Positions 26,976 to 38,442 are shown, counted from the stretch's first letter. The stretch: DNA of 64,000 bases from Candidatus Hermodarchaeota archaeon (GCA_048885925.1 JBHLLG010000013.1:1-64000); one strand, 5' to 3'. The notes: generated by a model from the letters alone, not told the origin. A program made the numbers and translations.

Positions 26976-27839
26976 TTAATCAAAACGTAGTGAAAAATCA
27001 ACTCGTTCGGAAGGAAATTGAGTTAATAAACTTGAACTTATTATATCAGGTTCTGAGAGTAAATAGTCTACAATATTTTCCTGAGTTATCCCTCCAGAAA
27101 CTTCAACAATAACCTTATCTCTAAGATTATTCTTTTTTAATAAATTAATTGCATCTTCAACCTGATCTGGACTCATATTATCTAACATCACAATATCGGC
27201 TCCATTCTTTGCAGCTATTAAAATGTCTTCCACGTTTTCGATTTCGATCTCAATTTTTTTTGTAAAACTACTTTTATTTTTGGTATCATTTAATAGATTT
27301 GCAATATCTCCTTTATAATATCTTAAATGAGTATCCTTTAGCAAAATCATATCATCGAGAGAGAATCTATGAACATCTGCTAGTCCGAGTTCAGCAGCTC
27401 TTTTCTCAAAAATACGAATACCTGGATTAGTTTTACGTGTACAGGCTATTTTAACCTTTTTTCCAGAATCTTTAATTATTTTTACAAATTTTCTTGAAGT
27501 AGTAGTAATAGCACTCATATGTGTTATTAGATTTAATCCCGTTCTCTCTCCTAGCAAAATATCTCTTGCATTTCCTGTTAATTCTATTATAATATCACCA
27601 TTTTTAACCTCCTCTCCATCTTTTTTTTTTAAAGAACAGGAAACGTTTAATATCTCATACAATATTTGTAATTCTTTTAATCCTGAAACATATCCAGTAC
27701 TTTTAGCATATATTTTTGCCGAAGATTTTGCATTCTCAGGAATTATTTTAGAACTTATATCAATATATCTACAATCTTCTTGTAAAAAATCCCTAATTTT
27801 ATGTTCAATAACAATCCTATTATAACTCATATTCCGCAC
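26976..27839 (-). CDS. nadC: Nicotinate-nucleotide pyrophosphorylase (quinolinate phosphoribosyltransferase)
   Basis: ERTGLN, CTRKTNPG, HRFSLDDMILLKDTH, EIEIE, MLDNM, EVSGGI. Confidence 0.95.
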   Translation of the reverse strand: MRNMSYNRIVIEHKIRDFLQEDCRYIDISSKIIPENAKSSAKIYAKSTGYVSGLKELQILYEILNVSCSLKKKDGEEVKNGDIIIELTGNARDILLGERTGLNLITHMSAITTTSRKFVKIIKDSGKKVKIACTRKTNPGIRIFEKRAAELGLADVHRFSLDDMILLKDTHLRYYKGDIANLLNDTKNKSSFTKKIEIEIENVEDILIAAKNGADIVMLDNMSPDQVEDAINLLKKNNLRDKVIVEVSGGITQENIVDYLLSEPDIISSSLLTQFPSERVDFSLRFD

Positions 27840-27885
27840 ATTCTTGTATAGTATTATTATTATAGTATAAAAATTAAATAAAATT

Positions 27886-28524
27886 ATGGTAGAAAAAGAA
27901 TTATTATTTATTAGATATAATGAAATAAATCTAGAAGGTGAATATTTTAAATCAAAATCTTTAATTCAAAACCCCGTAGTCTTAATTTGTCATCCTCATC
28001 CTCAATATGGTGGAAATATGCATAATAATGTTGTATCTGGAATTTTTGATAAGTTAATTAATAACGACATTTCATGTTTACGGTTTAATTTTAGAGGTGT
28101 TGGAAGATCAACTGGAATTCATTCAGATGGTTTAGGAGAAATGAGTGATGTAAAAGCATGTATCGATTTCTTAATAAACAAGAAAAATTATGAAAGAATC
28201 ATTATTTGTGGCTATTCCTATGGAGCAGCAATAGGTTCTTCTGTAATAAATTATTCTGAAAAAATTATTGGGTACGCTTCAATATCATTTCCCTGGGAAT
28301 TTATGGGATCCAAATATAAGGAATTATCACAGTCAAAAAAACCAAAATTATTCATACAAGGCAATCGCGATACAATTGCCAGCTATAACAAATTTGAAGA
28401 AAATTACGAATATTACTTAAATCCAAAAACGAGTAAAATTATTGAGGGTGCAGATCACTTTTACTGGGGCTATGAAGAACAAGTAAGTAACGAGTTTTTA
28501 AATTTTTATTCTTCCCTTATTTAA
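27886..28524 (+). CDS. Alpha/beta hydrolase (KANSL3/Tex30-like)
   Basis: CHPHPQYGGNM, RFNFRGVG, GYSYGA nucleophile elbow, GNRD, GADHF. Confidence 0.9.
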   Translation: MVEKELLFIRYNEINLEGEYFKSKSLIQNPVVLICHPHPQYGGNMHNNVVSGIFDKLINNDISCLRFNFRGVGRSTGIHSDGLGEMSDVKACIDFLINKKNYERIIICGYSYGAAIGSSVINYSEKIIGYASISFPWEFMGSKYKELSQSKKPKLFIQGNRDTIASYNKFEENYEYYLNPKTSKIIEGADHFYWGYEEQVSNEFLNFYSSLI

Positions 28525-28621
28525 TGAAATAAAAGTTAAACGTTCTCAATCATTTGATTTATCTTAATTAATATCTCGCCTTTCATAGAATGGTATAAGA
28601 TAAAAAAACGTAGAACTATAC

Positions 28622-29020
28622 TTATAAGCTTGAAAGTTTTTCCAAATCAGCTTGTGAATTATCAACAGCCCAATCAAGTAACTGATCAAAATAACGCTCC
28701 ACATCTTCGCTTTCAGGTGCTTTTGCTAAAATTGCTAAAAGGAATTGATTTTTATTATCAGACATGATAATATTTCTCATCATTATAAAATCTTCTTTAT
28801 ATTTGATTTTCATACTTTGAATATCAGAGAGTTTTAACTCCTCAGCAGCTTTATATGCAGAATCACTTAATAACGAACCCATGGCAGCTACCACTCGTTC
28901 ATCTATATTTTCTTCTTTTTGGGATGCAAGAACTAATCCGGTAGACGTAGCAAAAAGTGAAGCTCTAAAATTACCATTTTCGTTTAATTCTTTAAGCACT
29001 AATTCAAGTCTACTTACCAA
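28622..29020 (-). CDS. Roadblock/LC7 (MglB-like) domain protein
   Basis: SLFATSTGLVLAS...VVAAMGSLL pattern; 132 aa. Confidence 0.8.
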   Translation of the reverse strand: MVSRLELVLKELNENGNFRASLFATSTGLVLASQKEENIDERVVAAMGSLLSDSAYKAAEELKLSDIQSMKIKYKEDFIMMRNIIMSDNKNQFLLAILAKAPESEDVERYFDQLLDWAVDNSQADLEKLSSL

Positions 29021-29278
29021 ATCTACACACGCTCTATAAAAGTAATTTTATTATTATATTAAATAATAGTATTAAAATTTTAGTTTAAATATGTTTTTAT
29101 TCTAATAAACCTACTTTAAATTTCCTTGTATGAATAATATGAGTTATTTAATATTTAAAATTATTCAATATGTATAACATGCTATTTCCCAACATATTAG
29201 CATTCGTTTAAACAAAATTTCTCTTCATTTTAAAAACAAAACTGATTTTCAAGATTCTTTATGAGGGCAAATAATTAA

Positions 29279-29809
29279 TTACTTTTTAAGGTTAATAATA
29301 AAAGTTGATAAAATCTCATTATGATCAATATTAAGAGTAATTACACTTGGTCTTGGTATTGGTTTCATAAATCCTGGTTTTTCAGGAGGAGCTTTTGGTT
29401 TTGTTGGAGAACCTGGATTTATAAGAAGTAAATTGAATTTTGTTCCCTTTATAAGAGGTTGATGAGTATGTCCAAAAACTAAAATATTTAAACCATACTT
29501 TTTAGCGAATTCTTCTATATTTTCAGGAATTTTATGAATTACACCGATATGGTAACGACCTACAGAAAATTGAATAAAATTTTTTAAGTTTTTAATATTG
29601 TCAAGGTTTCCTTTTACACATCTTACCGGAGCAATCTCTTTGATTTCATCTAAGAAACTTTCTTCACAAACATCACCAGAATGAATAATCACATCAACAT
29701 CATTAAAAATTCTTTTTAATTGATTAAGCAAGGCTGTAATTTTGCTTTTATCGTAATCTTTGGTGATATGAGTGTCAGATAAAATCCCAAATTTCATTGA
29801 GAAAGCCAT
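29279..29809 (-). CDS. YfcE/Vps29-family metallophosphoesterase
   Basis: LSDTH, HSGD, KGNLD, FGHTH, INPGS. Confidence 0.9.
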   Translation of the reverse strand: MAFSMKFGILSDTHITKDYDKSKITALLNQLKRIFNDVDVIIHSGDVCEESFLDEIKEIAPVRCVKGNLDNIKNLKNFIQFSVGRYHIGVIHKIPENIEEFAKKYGLNILVFGHTHQPLIKGTKFNLLLINPGSPTKPKAPPEKPGFMKPIPRPSVITLNIDHNEILSTFIINLKK

Positions 29810-29812
29810 CCT

Positions 29813-30886
29813 CTAAATAGCAATCATTATCCCCAAAATAAAGATTAGACATGCTATAATTATATCGAAAAAAACTCGAAAAATTTTATCTCCTCTAGTT
29901 TGTTCACTTGTTTCATCTAATTCAAAATATTGTTTTAACATATTAAATCCAATTGAAAGACTTTCCTTTACTCGTGAAAATTGCCAGATAAATAAAATAA
30001 TACCAATTATGAGCAGGGGAATATATAAATATAGTGTAATTAACATAAAATCATTTCCTTGAAAATAACTCCATACACTATGTGCAGAAACAATATTATT
30101 TAATGTATGAGCGATAATTGCGGGAATTATCCATTTTCTTCTTAGTAGTAATAAAGAAAGAATTATACCTACAATAAATGCTTGTAAAAACATAATAAAT
30201 GGATACGAAATAGGATAATTTCTACTAATGGGATCTAAAAAATAAGCAAAATGACCTAAACCAAAATACAGCGCTGATACCATCACTGCAGACATTTTGA
30301 AAAAATATAGACTACCTCTAATAGTTATAAATCCTCTGGATATTGTTTCTTCAGCTATAGATACTGAAAGTTGAATAATTATTGCGGAGATAAGAAATAT
30401 AAAATAATCCTCCGTTACCAAATAGGAGCCTGTTGACTTATTTGCAATGGACTTGCCCTGATATTCAAGCATTCCAGGTATAAATAAATAAGGAAAAAAA
30501 TCGATTGGTAGAAAAACAAAGAAAAAAATTAAGATACCATATAAAATTTGATATTTATAATTTTTTTTGGACATTTTATATAATTTTAAATGGCTAACTG
30601 CAGGCGATATATCTTCTTGTATTATTATATTTCTTTCTTGAGATTCAAAGATTATGTTCGAGAGAGTTAAAACAATTGGTATTGCAATAAATACAAATAC
30701 TGCTCTTAATGAATAAAATAATACCCCATAAAGGATTGAACCTTCATCTACGATTAAAGGTATTAAAAAGAGTGGTATCAATAAAATTAAAAATATTAAA
30801 ATAAAAACTAATGATATTTCATAAACAAAAAATCGCATTCTATCAAAAACAATTTTTTTTTTTGGACTTTCTCCTAATCTTCTCAT
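29813..30886 (-). CDS. CPBP (CAAX/Abi) family intramembrane metalloprotease
   Basis: EETISRG, FGLGH, AHTLNN motifs in a multi-TM protein. Confidence 0.88.
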   Translation of the reverse strand: MRRLGESPKKKIVFDRMRFFVYEISLVFILIFLILLIPLFLIPLIVDEGSILYGVLFYSLRAVFVFIAIPIVLTLSNIIFESQERNIIIQEDISPAVSHLKLYKMSKKNYKYQILYGILIFFFVFLPIDFFPYLFIPGMLEYQGKSIANKSTGSYLVTEDYFIFLISAIIIQLSVSIAEETISRGFITIRGSLYFFKMSAVMVSALYFGLGHFAYFLDPISRNYPISYPFIMFLQAFIVGIILSLLLLRRKWIIPAIIAHTLNNIVSAHSVWSYFQGNDFMLITLYLYIPLLIIGIILFIWQFSRVKESLSIGFNMLKQYFELDETSEQTRGDKIFRVFFDIIIACLIFILGIMIAI

Positions 30887-30999
30887 TCAATAACACGATT
30901 AAACTTTGAATAAAAAATTATTAATTTAACAAATTAAAAATTTTGTTATTTTATAACTCAATGATTTTAATAAATAGACTCTTAAGTAAAAAATCTTCT

Positions 31000-32181
31000 T
31001 TAACTATAATTATAGGTTCCAAATTCTGTTTTTAATTCCAACATATTTTTATTTCTTATGGGGGATTTCTCACAATACCCAATTATTTTCGAGTCAATTT
31101 CATATTTTTTAACAATACTTATTATCTCAGATGCTATTGATTCATCACATAGTAATTCCATTCTGTGTCCCATATTAAACACACTAAACATTTCTTTCCA
31201 TTGTGTTTTAGAGGATTTTTGAATTATTTTAAATAGTGTAGGGCTTTCAAATAAATCATTTTTAACATATTTTATACCTTTTCCAAAATTTAGAATTTTT
31301 ATTTGGCCCCCCCCTGTATTATGGATAATTCCATGAATATCTTTTCTATATTTTTGTAAAATATCTATAATAATTGGAGCGTATGTTCTTGTTGGTGACA
31401 GTAATGCTTTTCCTACATTTAGGTTTAATTCATCAATCAAATCTGTCAATTTATATTCTCCAAAAAAAATAAATTTCTCATCAAGATGTTGATCATAGCA
31501 TTCTGGATATTTTTTGTAATATTCATGTGAGAGCATGCCATGTCTAGCTAAAGTTAAACCATTACTTCCAATACCACTATTATATTCAGTCTCATAAGAT
31601 GCTTTTCCAAAGCTTGCCAATCCAATTATCACATCTGAAGATTTTATTTTATTAGCATCAATAACGTCCTCTCTTTTCATTCTAGTAAAAATAGACGCAA
31701 ATATTGAAAGAGTTTTAACTAAGTCTCCTAAATCTTCAGTTTCACCACCACAAGTTATAATTTTTAACCCATATGTACTTAATTTTTTACTATAGGACTC
31801 ATACTCATTTATTATAGTTGATAAAATTTTTCCAGAAATAAAATTAGTATTTCTAGTTATTGTATTGGATAAAAAAAGATCTCCTGTAGCGCCTACACAT
31901 AATATATCATCGATATTCATAGCCATGGCATCATGAACTATTCCTTTAAAGACATTAATATCTCCTGTTTCTTTATAGTACATGTAAGCGAGACTAGCTT
32001 TTGTTCCTGCTCCATCTTCATGAAATATAGAACAAAAATCTGGACTTCCAGCAATATCTTCAACAATTTTGCAAAATGCTCCCGGAAATAGACCCCTATC
32101 AATAGTTTCCAAAGCCTTTTGAACCTCTTCCTTTTTAGAAGATACTCCCAGCTTTTTATACAAATTATTATTTTCAACCAT
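31000..32181 (-). CDS. purM: Phosphoribosylformylglycinamidine cyclo-ligase (AIR synthase)
   Basis: DGAGTK, AMNIDD, GGET, GSNGLT, HNTGGG, FNMGH. Confidence 0.93.
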   Translation of the reverse strand: MVENNNLYKKLGVSSKKEEVQKALETIDRGLFPGAFCKIVEDIAGSPDFCSIFHEDGAGTKASLAYMYYKETGDINVFKGIVHDAMAMNIDDILCVGATGDLFLSNTITRNTNFISGKILSTIINEYESYSKKLSTYGLKIITCGGETEDLGDLVKTLSIFASIFTRMKREDVIDANKIKSSDVIIGLASFGKASYETEYNSGIGSNGLTLARHGMLSHEYYKKYPECYDQHLDEKFIFFGEYKLTDLIDELNLNVGKALLSPTRTYAPIIIDILQKYRKDIHGIIHNTGGGQIKILNFGKGIKYVKNDLFESPTLFKIIQKSSKTQWKEMFSVFNMGHRMELLCDESIASEIISIVKKYEIDSKIIGYCEKSPIRNKNMLELKTEFGTYNYS

Positions 32182-32184
32182 TTT

Positions 32185-33543
32185 CTAAAATTTATATTTA
32201 GTCTTCATAATTTTTACTAAATTATCAACTTGTTCTACAGCTTGACCAATATATTTGTGAGGATCAAAAATGTTTGCCAATTCTTCTTTTGAAAATTTCT
32301 CTTTAATTTGCTTATTTTCCATTAGAATATCTTTCATGTATAGATTTTCTTCTCGAGCTTTTATAGATGCTTTTCTTAGAATTTCATGACCATATTGTCT
32401 TCCTATTCCTTTTTTAACCAACTCAACCATTACTTTTTCAGTAAGACAAGCACCCCTCGTAAGATTAAGATTCTCTTCAATTTTTTTTTCGTTGAATTCA
32501 ATTCCTTTTAGATTTTCAATTAATTGATTTATCATATAATCTAATAATATAAAATTTTCAGCAAATATTATTCTCTCAGAAGCAGAATTTGTAATGTCTC
32601 TTTCATCCTCAAGAACTATATTATCTAATGCGACAATAACGTTAGATTTTAAAATTCTCGCTAAACTACAAATTCTTTCTGATTTATGAGGATTCCTTTT
32701 ATGAGGCATTGTTGAACTACCAACTTGCTTTTTTTTAAAAGGTTCAAACATTTCAGAAATCTCATTTCGTTGAAGTATCCTAAATTCTCTTGCGATTTTA
32801 TCTAATGTTTGGCCAATTAAAGCAGTTAAGAAAATAACTTCTGCATGCCTATCTCTTTGTATGACTTGATTAGCAATAAGTACTGGATTTAAATCAAGTA
32901 TTTTCATTACAATTTTTTGAATTTCCATCCCTTTATCATCAAAACTTGCCATTGTCCCAACCGCGCCAGACATTTTTCCAAAAGATATTCGACTCATAAT
33001 CTCGGAGATCCGATCTAAGTGTCTATATACCTCATAAACCCATACACCAAATCTCATACCATATGTTGTAGGAATTGCATGTTGGCCATGGGTTCTTCCT
33101 ATACAGATTAAATTCTTCTTTTTTTCAGAAATCTCTACTAATATTTTTATCAAATCCAATAATGCATTATTTAGGTATTTTAACGCTTCTTTTAATTGTA
33201 GAGCGGTAGCAGTATCTTCAATATCGTAACTAGTTGCACCAAGATGAACATATTTACCAGATTCTCCTTCACATTGTTCTGATAATGCTTGAACCATCGC
33301 CATTAAATCATGATGAATTTTTTTGTCAATCTCATTTACTTTCTCTAACTTTACATAATTTAAATTAGCTTTTTTTTCAATTTCATTAGCATCTTCAAAA
33401 GGAATATTACCTAATTTGGCATGTGCTTGAGCTAATGCGGCCTCTACTTTCATCCAATTCTCTAATTTCTTCTCCTCTGTAAAAAGGTTAGCCATTTCGG
33501 TTCTATACCTTGTCTCTAATGGATGAATAAATTTATGATTCAT
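32185..33543 (-). CDS. purB: Adenylosuccinate lyase
   Basis: HLGATSYDI, GRTHGQHA, GSSTMPHKRNP signature. Confidence 0.96.
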   Translation of the reverse strand: MNHKFIHPLETRYRTEMANLFTEEKKLENWMKVEAALAQAHAKLGNIPFEDANEIEKKANLNYVKLEKVNEIDKKIHHDLMAMVQALSEQCEGESGKYVHLGATSYDIEDTATALQLKEALKYLNNALLDLIKILVEISEKKKNLICIGRTHGQHAIPTTYGMRFGVWVYEVYRHLDRISEIMSRISFGKMSGAVGTMASFDDKGMEIQKIVMKILDLNPVLIANQVIQRDRHAEVIFLTALIGQTLDKIAREFRILQRNEISEMFEPFKKKQVGSSTMPHKRNPHKSERICSLARILKSNVIVALDNIVLEDERDITNSASERIIFAENFILLDYMINQLIENLKGIEFNEKKIEENLNLTRGACLTEKVMVELVKKGIGRQYGHEILRKASIKAREENLYMKDILMENKQIKEKFSKEELANIFDPHKYIGQAVEQVDNLVKIMKTKYKF

Positions 33544-33706
33544 AATAATGCTCTTTTTTTATTTAATCTTAATTAAATTAATGAATCCTCCCAAAATATA
33601 TCTTATTTTATTCGATATATTAATCTTAAAATATTTTTAAGATTAGAATCAGAAAATTTTATGGCTGATATAAATTTTATAAATTCCTACAATCTTCTTT
33701 AACAGG

Positions 33707-33904
33707 ATGAAGGATGCGAAAAAATACTTTTTTTTTCGGTGTTATAATTGTGGAGAGTGGTATTATACTAAAAAGATTATTAAATCAAAAAAATGTTGGA
33801 AATGTAACAAATCCTTCTTATTTAAAAATTCTAATAAGTTCTCTAAATTATGTTCTTTAAATGACGCTATCCATACTATTAAAACACTAAAAGCTAAAAA
33901 TTGA
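33707..33904 (+). CDS. Small zinc-ribbon protein (DUF1922-like)
   Basis: FFRCYNCG...KKCWKCN; 65 aa. Confidence 0.65.
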   Translation: MKDAKKYFFFRCYNCGEWYYTKKIIKSKKCWKCNKSFLFKNSNKFSKLCSLNDAIHTIKTLKAKN

Positions 33905-34047
33905 AAGCTATTCTCAACAAAATTTACCTTATTATATAGAAGATAAATTAAAAAACAAAGATATTTAAGCTATTTTTCTACAATTTTTTTTAGGATAGAC
34001 TCATTAGCTATAGATAAATCGTAAAAATAATATAAAAAGTAATTCTT

Positions 34048-35499
34048 ATGGAAATTGGGCATGATTTAAAAGATATTGATGAAAAATTAATTAACGCTTT
34101 AAATCAAATAGCCAAGGATAGAGTTGAATATTGGGATATCAGAGTTGCCGTAAATCATGGTACAAATTTAGATTTTACAGATCAAAAAAGCAAAGAAATT
34201 TCTTCATATGGGATTACTGAATGTGGAATCCGGGCTTTCGTTAATGGAGGATGGGGTTTTTGTGTTTTAAAACATCTAAATAGAGAATCAATTAAAAATG
34301 GATTTCATCAAGCAATAAAATTAGCTAGACTTTCAGAATCTCTTAGTAAAAATAAGTTTAAAATTATCGAACGAGATCCATTAATTCAAAATTTTGAAAT
34401 TCTTGGTAAAAAGAATCTAGATAATATTGATATTGAAGAAAAAATAAAGCTTGTCAAAAACCATGAAAAAATCGCTTCAAACTATTCATCAAAAATAAAA
34501 AATACTCACACACTATACCTTGATGGACACACTCAGAGTATTTTCTTAAACTCTTCAGATAGTTACATTATTCAGGATTTATCACTTCTAAGATTATTTA
34601 CTTTAGTATATGCCCAAGAAAATGGTATTCTTCAAAGATCAATAAACTCTATTGGTGGGATTGGAGGATATGAAATTATTGAAACCCAACAAGCGAAAAA
34701 CCTAAGTAAGGTAACTGCTCAAGAGGCAGTAGAATTGTTAAAGGCAAAATCTCCCATTGGAGGGAAATTTACAGTAATAATGGATCCTAAATTAACAGGA
34801 ACATTTATTCATGAGGCTTTTGGCCATGCTTGTGAAGCTGATTCTGTTTTAAATAAAGAAAGTATCTTAGAAGGAAGAATAGGGGAACAAATTGCGATAG
34901 AAGACGTTAATATAATCGATAATCCGACTATGAATCAAAGTAAAAAATTTAAATTACCATATGAGTTATTTGGTTGTTATTTTGTTGATGATGAAGGAAT
35001 ACCTTCTCAGAAAACCACTATCATTGAGAATGGGATTTTTAAAAATTATTTACATAATTTAGAAACCTCTTCAAGAATGGATGAGCTCCCAAATGGCCAT
35101 GGTAGAGCATCATCAAGTTCAGAAAGACCTCAAGTAAGGATGGGTTTTACATATCTAAAACCCAAGGATTGGAGTCTTGAAGAGATGATTGAAGACGTAA
35201 AGAATGGGATTCTATGTGAAGACTTTCAATACGGTTACACTGATCCTACTACAGCAAATTTCCAGTTCAAGTGTAAACGTTCTTATAAGATTGAAAATGG
35301 TGACAAAAAACATCTAATGAGAGATGTAGCTCTTTCGGGTATGACGCTTGAAATCCTTAATAAAATAACCGCTATTGGAAATCGAGATACTTACAATTAT
35401 TCAGACGGAATGTGTGGAAAGAACGGTCAAAGTGTTAGAGTGTGTGATGGAGGGCCATATATTCGAGTAGAAAATGTAACTGTAGGGGGTTTGAATTAA
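34048..35499 (+). CDS. tldD: TldD metalloprotease
   Basis: FIHEAFGHACEAD, DDEG, NGHGR, GMCGKNGQ. Confidence 0.93.
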   Translation: MEIGHDLKDIDEKLINALNQIAKDRVEYWDIRVAVNHGTNLDFTDQKSKEISSYGITECGIRAFVNGGWGFCVLKHLNRESIKNGFHQAIKLARLSESLSKNKFKIIERDPLIQNFEILGKKNLDNIDIEEKIKLVKNHEKIASNYSSKIKNTHTLYLDGHTQSIFLNSSDSYIIQDLSLLRLFTLVYAQENGILQRSINSIGGIGGYEIIETQQAKNLSKVTAQEAVELLKAKSPIGGKFTVIMDPKLTGTFIHEAFGHACEADSVLNKESILEGRIGEQIAIEDVNIIDNPTMNQSKKFKLPYELFGCYFVDDEGIPSQKTTIIENGIFKNYLHNLETSSRMDELPNGHGRASSSSERPQVRMGFTYLKPKDWSLEEMIEDVKNGILCEDFQYGYTDPTTANFQFKCKRSYKIENGDKKHLMRDVALSGMTLEILNKITAIGNRDTYNYSDGMCGKNGQSVRVCDGGPYIRVENVTVGGLN

Positions 35500-36873
35500 T
35501 TGGAACACTTAGATATTTTTTCCTTAGCTAATTTCGGACTGAATTTAGTAGAAAAAAAAAGCTCAAATCTCAAGTGTGCTGAAATTTTTTTCAATAAAAA
35601 TAAATATATTAATATTGAAGTTGAAGAAAATTCATTAAAGAACAGTGAAACTGGAGAAGATATTGGAGTTTCAATTAGAGTTATTAATAACAAAGGATCA
35701 CTCGGATTTGCTTTCACTAATAGACTAGATAAAAAATCTATTGAATTTATAGTTAAATTAGCTATAAAAATGATGAATGTTGGAACTCCAAACCCTGATT
35801 TTATAAATTTACCCTCCAAATTTAAAAAATATCCCGATGTAAAACAATTATTTGATGATGACTTAAAGAATTTACCGCTAGAAGATTCTTTAGGATATGC
35901 CAAAGAATTAATAAAGATTTGTGCTGATGACGATTTAGCAATTTCTCAATCTGCTAATTTTTCATCAAGTTATGTAAAGACTTATATTTTTAATTCAAAT
36001 AATTTAGTAATTTCAGGAAAAGAAACAAATTGCACATTATATTCAGAGATTATCATCAAAGATAAAGTAACTAAAGAGATGTCATCAGGTTCTGATTTTC
36101 AGTCTGAGAGAATGTTGAAAAATATTAATGTTAAAATGATAGGTAGAAAAGCTCTAAATGATGCAAAAAAAAATTTAAACAGAATAAAAATAAAAAGTAT
36201 GAAATGTCCTTTGATTTTAACTCCAAGAGGAACGATCAGTTTAATATTAAAACCAATTGCTGCAGCAGTAAATGGAGAAACATTTCAATATAAAAGATGT
36301 TTTCTTTTTGATAAAAGAGATGAAATTTTAGGTTCCGAATATTTAAATATTGAAGATAATGGCTTAATTGATGGTGCAGTAGGATCTTCAAAATTTGATG
36401 GAGAAGGAGTTCCATGTAAGAATAAAAAGATCTTTCAAAAAGGGAAATTCTTAAAAAATGGGTTATTACATAATAGTTTTACAGCAGGAAAGGAAGGAGT
36501 TGAAAGTACTGGAAATGCTTCTCGAAATTCATATAGCTCAATTCCTTCAATTGGGATTACTAATTTTATTATGAAACAGGGTGATATCTCCTTTGAAGAA
36601 ATAGTAAAAGATACTAAGAAAGGTATTATTTTAGATTACACAGGAGACTCTCCTAATATATCAACAGGAGATTTCTCTGGCTTGATTTTACATGGAAATT
36701 TAATTGAAGATGGACAGGTAAAACAAGCTTTGAATGAGACAATGATAGGTATAAATCTTTTAGACCTTTTTAAAAAAATCGAAATGGTCTCGAAACAATA
36801 TAGAGTTTACGGTTCACTTCAAGCTCCTTATGTAAAAATTGAAACCGCAAGTATAGTTGGAGGAGCAAACTAA
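35500..36873 (+). CDS. pmbA: TldE/PmbA protein
   Basis: FDGEG, STGNA, TGDFS; lacks HExxxH; directly follows tldD. Confidence 0.9.
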   Translation: MEHLDIFSLANFGLNLVEKKSSNLKCAEIFFNKNKYINIEVEENSLKNSETGEDIGVSIRVINNKGSLGFAFTNRLDKKSIEFIVKLAIKMMNVGTPNPDFINLPSKFKKYPDVKQLFDDDLKNLPLEDSLGYAKELIKICADDDLAISQSANFSSSYVKTYIFNSNNLVISGKETNCTLYSEIIIKDKVTKEMSSGSDFQSERMLKNINVKMIGRKALNDAKKNLNRIKIKSMKCPLILTPRGTISLILKPIAAAVNGETFQYKRCFLFDKRDEILGSEYLNIEDNGLIDGAVGSSKFDGEGVPCKNKKIFQKGKFLKNGLLHNSFTAGKEGVESTGNASRNSYSSIPSIGITNFIMKQGDISFEEIVKDTKKGIILDYTGDSPNISTGDFSGLILHGNLIEDGQVKQALNETMIGINLLDLFKKIEMVSKQYRVYGSLQAPYVKIETASIVGGAN

Positions 36874-37388
36874 TTAGTAATATTTAATCGAAGCCATAAT
36901 ATATTATTAAATTCTTCAACAGCGTTTTTTATTTGCCATAATTCAGCAATAATAATCTGATTTTCTCCTATTTCTGAGAAAGACATGTTATAAGATCCAT
37001 AAATCTGTTCAATATTGTCTTCTAAAGTAAAATTTCCTATTGTAAGATACAATGTCCCATTAGAGCCACTTGAACTCAAATTTGTATCATTATTCCCTTT
37101 CATTATTTTAAATCTAAATGAAAACCTTCGATCTAGATAATTTCCTACAGTTAGATAAAATGATATAGTCTCATTAACGGATGCTTTAGTAGGGTAGTTT
37201 TCTGCTTCTTGATTTTCATTTAAGATTCCAAATGTAACGTAACCAGGTTCAGGTGTGAAAATATAATAGATAATAAATCCTGAAACAATAATGATTCCAA
37301 TAATTAAACAAACCTTGAGTATTATCTCAAATTGTTTATTGCTAATTTTAGAGTCTTTTAAATGATCTTTAGTATTGATTTCGTTCAT
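36870..37388 (-). CDS. DUF1616-like membrane-anchored protein
   Basis: Single TM followed by F.ILNEN..AENYP and C-terminal LWLRLNIT. Confidence 0.7.
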   Translation of the reverse strand: MNEINTKDHLKDSKISNKQFEIILKVCLIIGIIIVSGFIIYYIFTPEPGYVTFGILNENQEAENYPTKASVNETISFYLTVGNYLDRRFSFRFKIMKGNNDTNLSSSGSNGTLYLTIGNFTLEDNIEQIYGSYNMSFSEIGENQIIIAELWQIKNAVEEFNNILWLRLNITN

Positions 37389-38442
37389 TATCTTTAAACC
37401 ACGCTATTGTTTTTTTAAGGCCCTCTTCTAAGGATGTTGTTGGCTCCCAATTTAGAATTTTTTTAGCTTTTTCTATAATAGGGCATCTATATATCGGATC
37501 ATCAATGGGTAATGGTTTAAAAACGATTTTTGAATTGGAATTTGCTAAATTTTTTATAATTTGGGCCAATTCTAAGATACTGTATTTTTTATTATTACCC
37601 AAATTTATTACTTCTCCCATTGCTTCATCTTTATAGACCATTTTAAGTATTCCCTCAATTTCATCTACTACATATATAAAAGATCTTGTTTGTGACCCAT
37701 CTCCAAACACCGTCATATCTTCATCATGTAAGGCTTGATGTATAAAATTTGGAACTACTCTTCCAAATGCTGGACCGTGTCTAATTCTCGGCCCTGAAGT
37801 ATTAAAAATTCTTACAATTTTAGTTCTCATTTTATGCTGAAGTTCATAAGCTTTAATAAAAGCTTCTCCAGCTCTTTTAGATTCATCATAACAACTTCTA
37901 GGACCTACAGGATTTACATTTCCAAAATAACTCTCTGGAGTCGGAATAGCCTCTTTTGGCGGATTTCCATAAACTTCAGAGGTACTAGTATAAAAGAAAA
38001 TAGCATTATGGAATTTGGCTATTCCTAGAGAATTCAATGTTCCAAGAGTATTACTTCTGAGAATTGATATTGGCTCTTGCTTAAATTCAAAAGGAGAAGC
38101 TCTACTTGCCATATGCATTATAATATCAATTTTTTTAATATCGCCTATACAAATTCCTAACGGGTGATAACTCATTCCAAAATATATTGGATAAGAGATA
38201 TCATGATTAATAAATCGGAAATTATCTTTATTCATAAGGTGTAATATGTTTTCAGGTTTTCCTGATGATAAATTATCTAAACATATACAGTATGCTTTTT
38301 GTTCGACCAGAACATCACATACCCAAGAACCTAAAAAACCAGCACCCCCAGTTACCAAAATTGTTTTATCTTTAAAAGAAATTTCTTCTTTTTTAAGTCT
38401 CTTTAATATCTCCTGAATGTCTTGATTAATATCATAGTTCAA
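37369..38442 (-). CDS. NAD-dependent epimerase/dehydratase (UDP-glucuronate decarboxylase-like)
   Basis: TGGAGFLG, STSEVYG, GPRSCYDESKR, RIFNT.GPR, GDGSQTRSF. Confidence 0.92.
   Translation of the reverse strand: MNYDINQDIQEILKRLKKEEISFKDKTILVTGGAGFLGSWVCDVLVEQKAYCICLDNLSSGKPENILHLMNKDNFRFINHDISYPIYFGMSYHPLGICIGDIKKIDIIMHMASRASPFEFKQEPISILRSNTLGTLNSLGIAKFHNAIFFYTSTSEVYGNPPKEAIPTPESYFGNVNPVGPRSCYDESKRAGEAFIKAYELQHKMRTKIVRIFNTSGPRIRHGPAFGRVVPNFIHQALHDEDMTVFGDGSQTRSFIYVVDEIEGILKMVYKDEAMGEVINLGNNKKYSILELAQIIKNLANSNSKIVFKPLPIDDPIYRCPIIEKAKKILNWEPTTSLEEGLKKTIAWFKDNERNQY

Noticed and set aside
38120-38190. About 14-aa insertion in the UDP-glucuronate decarboxylase-like protein as an in-frame intron
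   Set aside because: No convincing exon-exon helix or BHB geometry; the frame is intact; probably a loop insertion.
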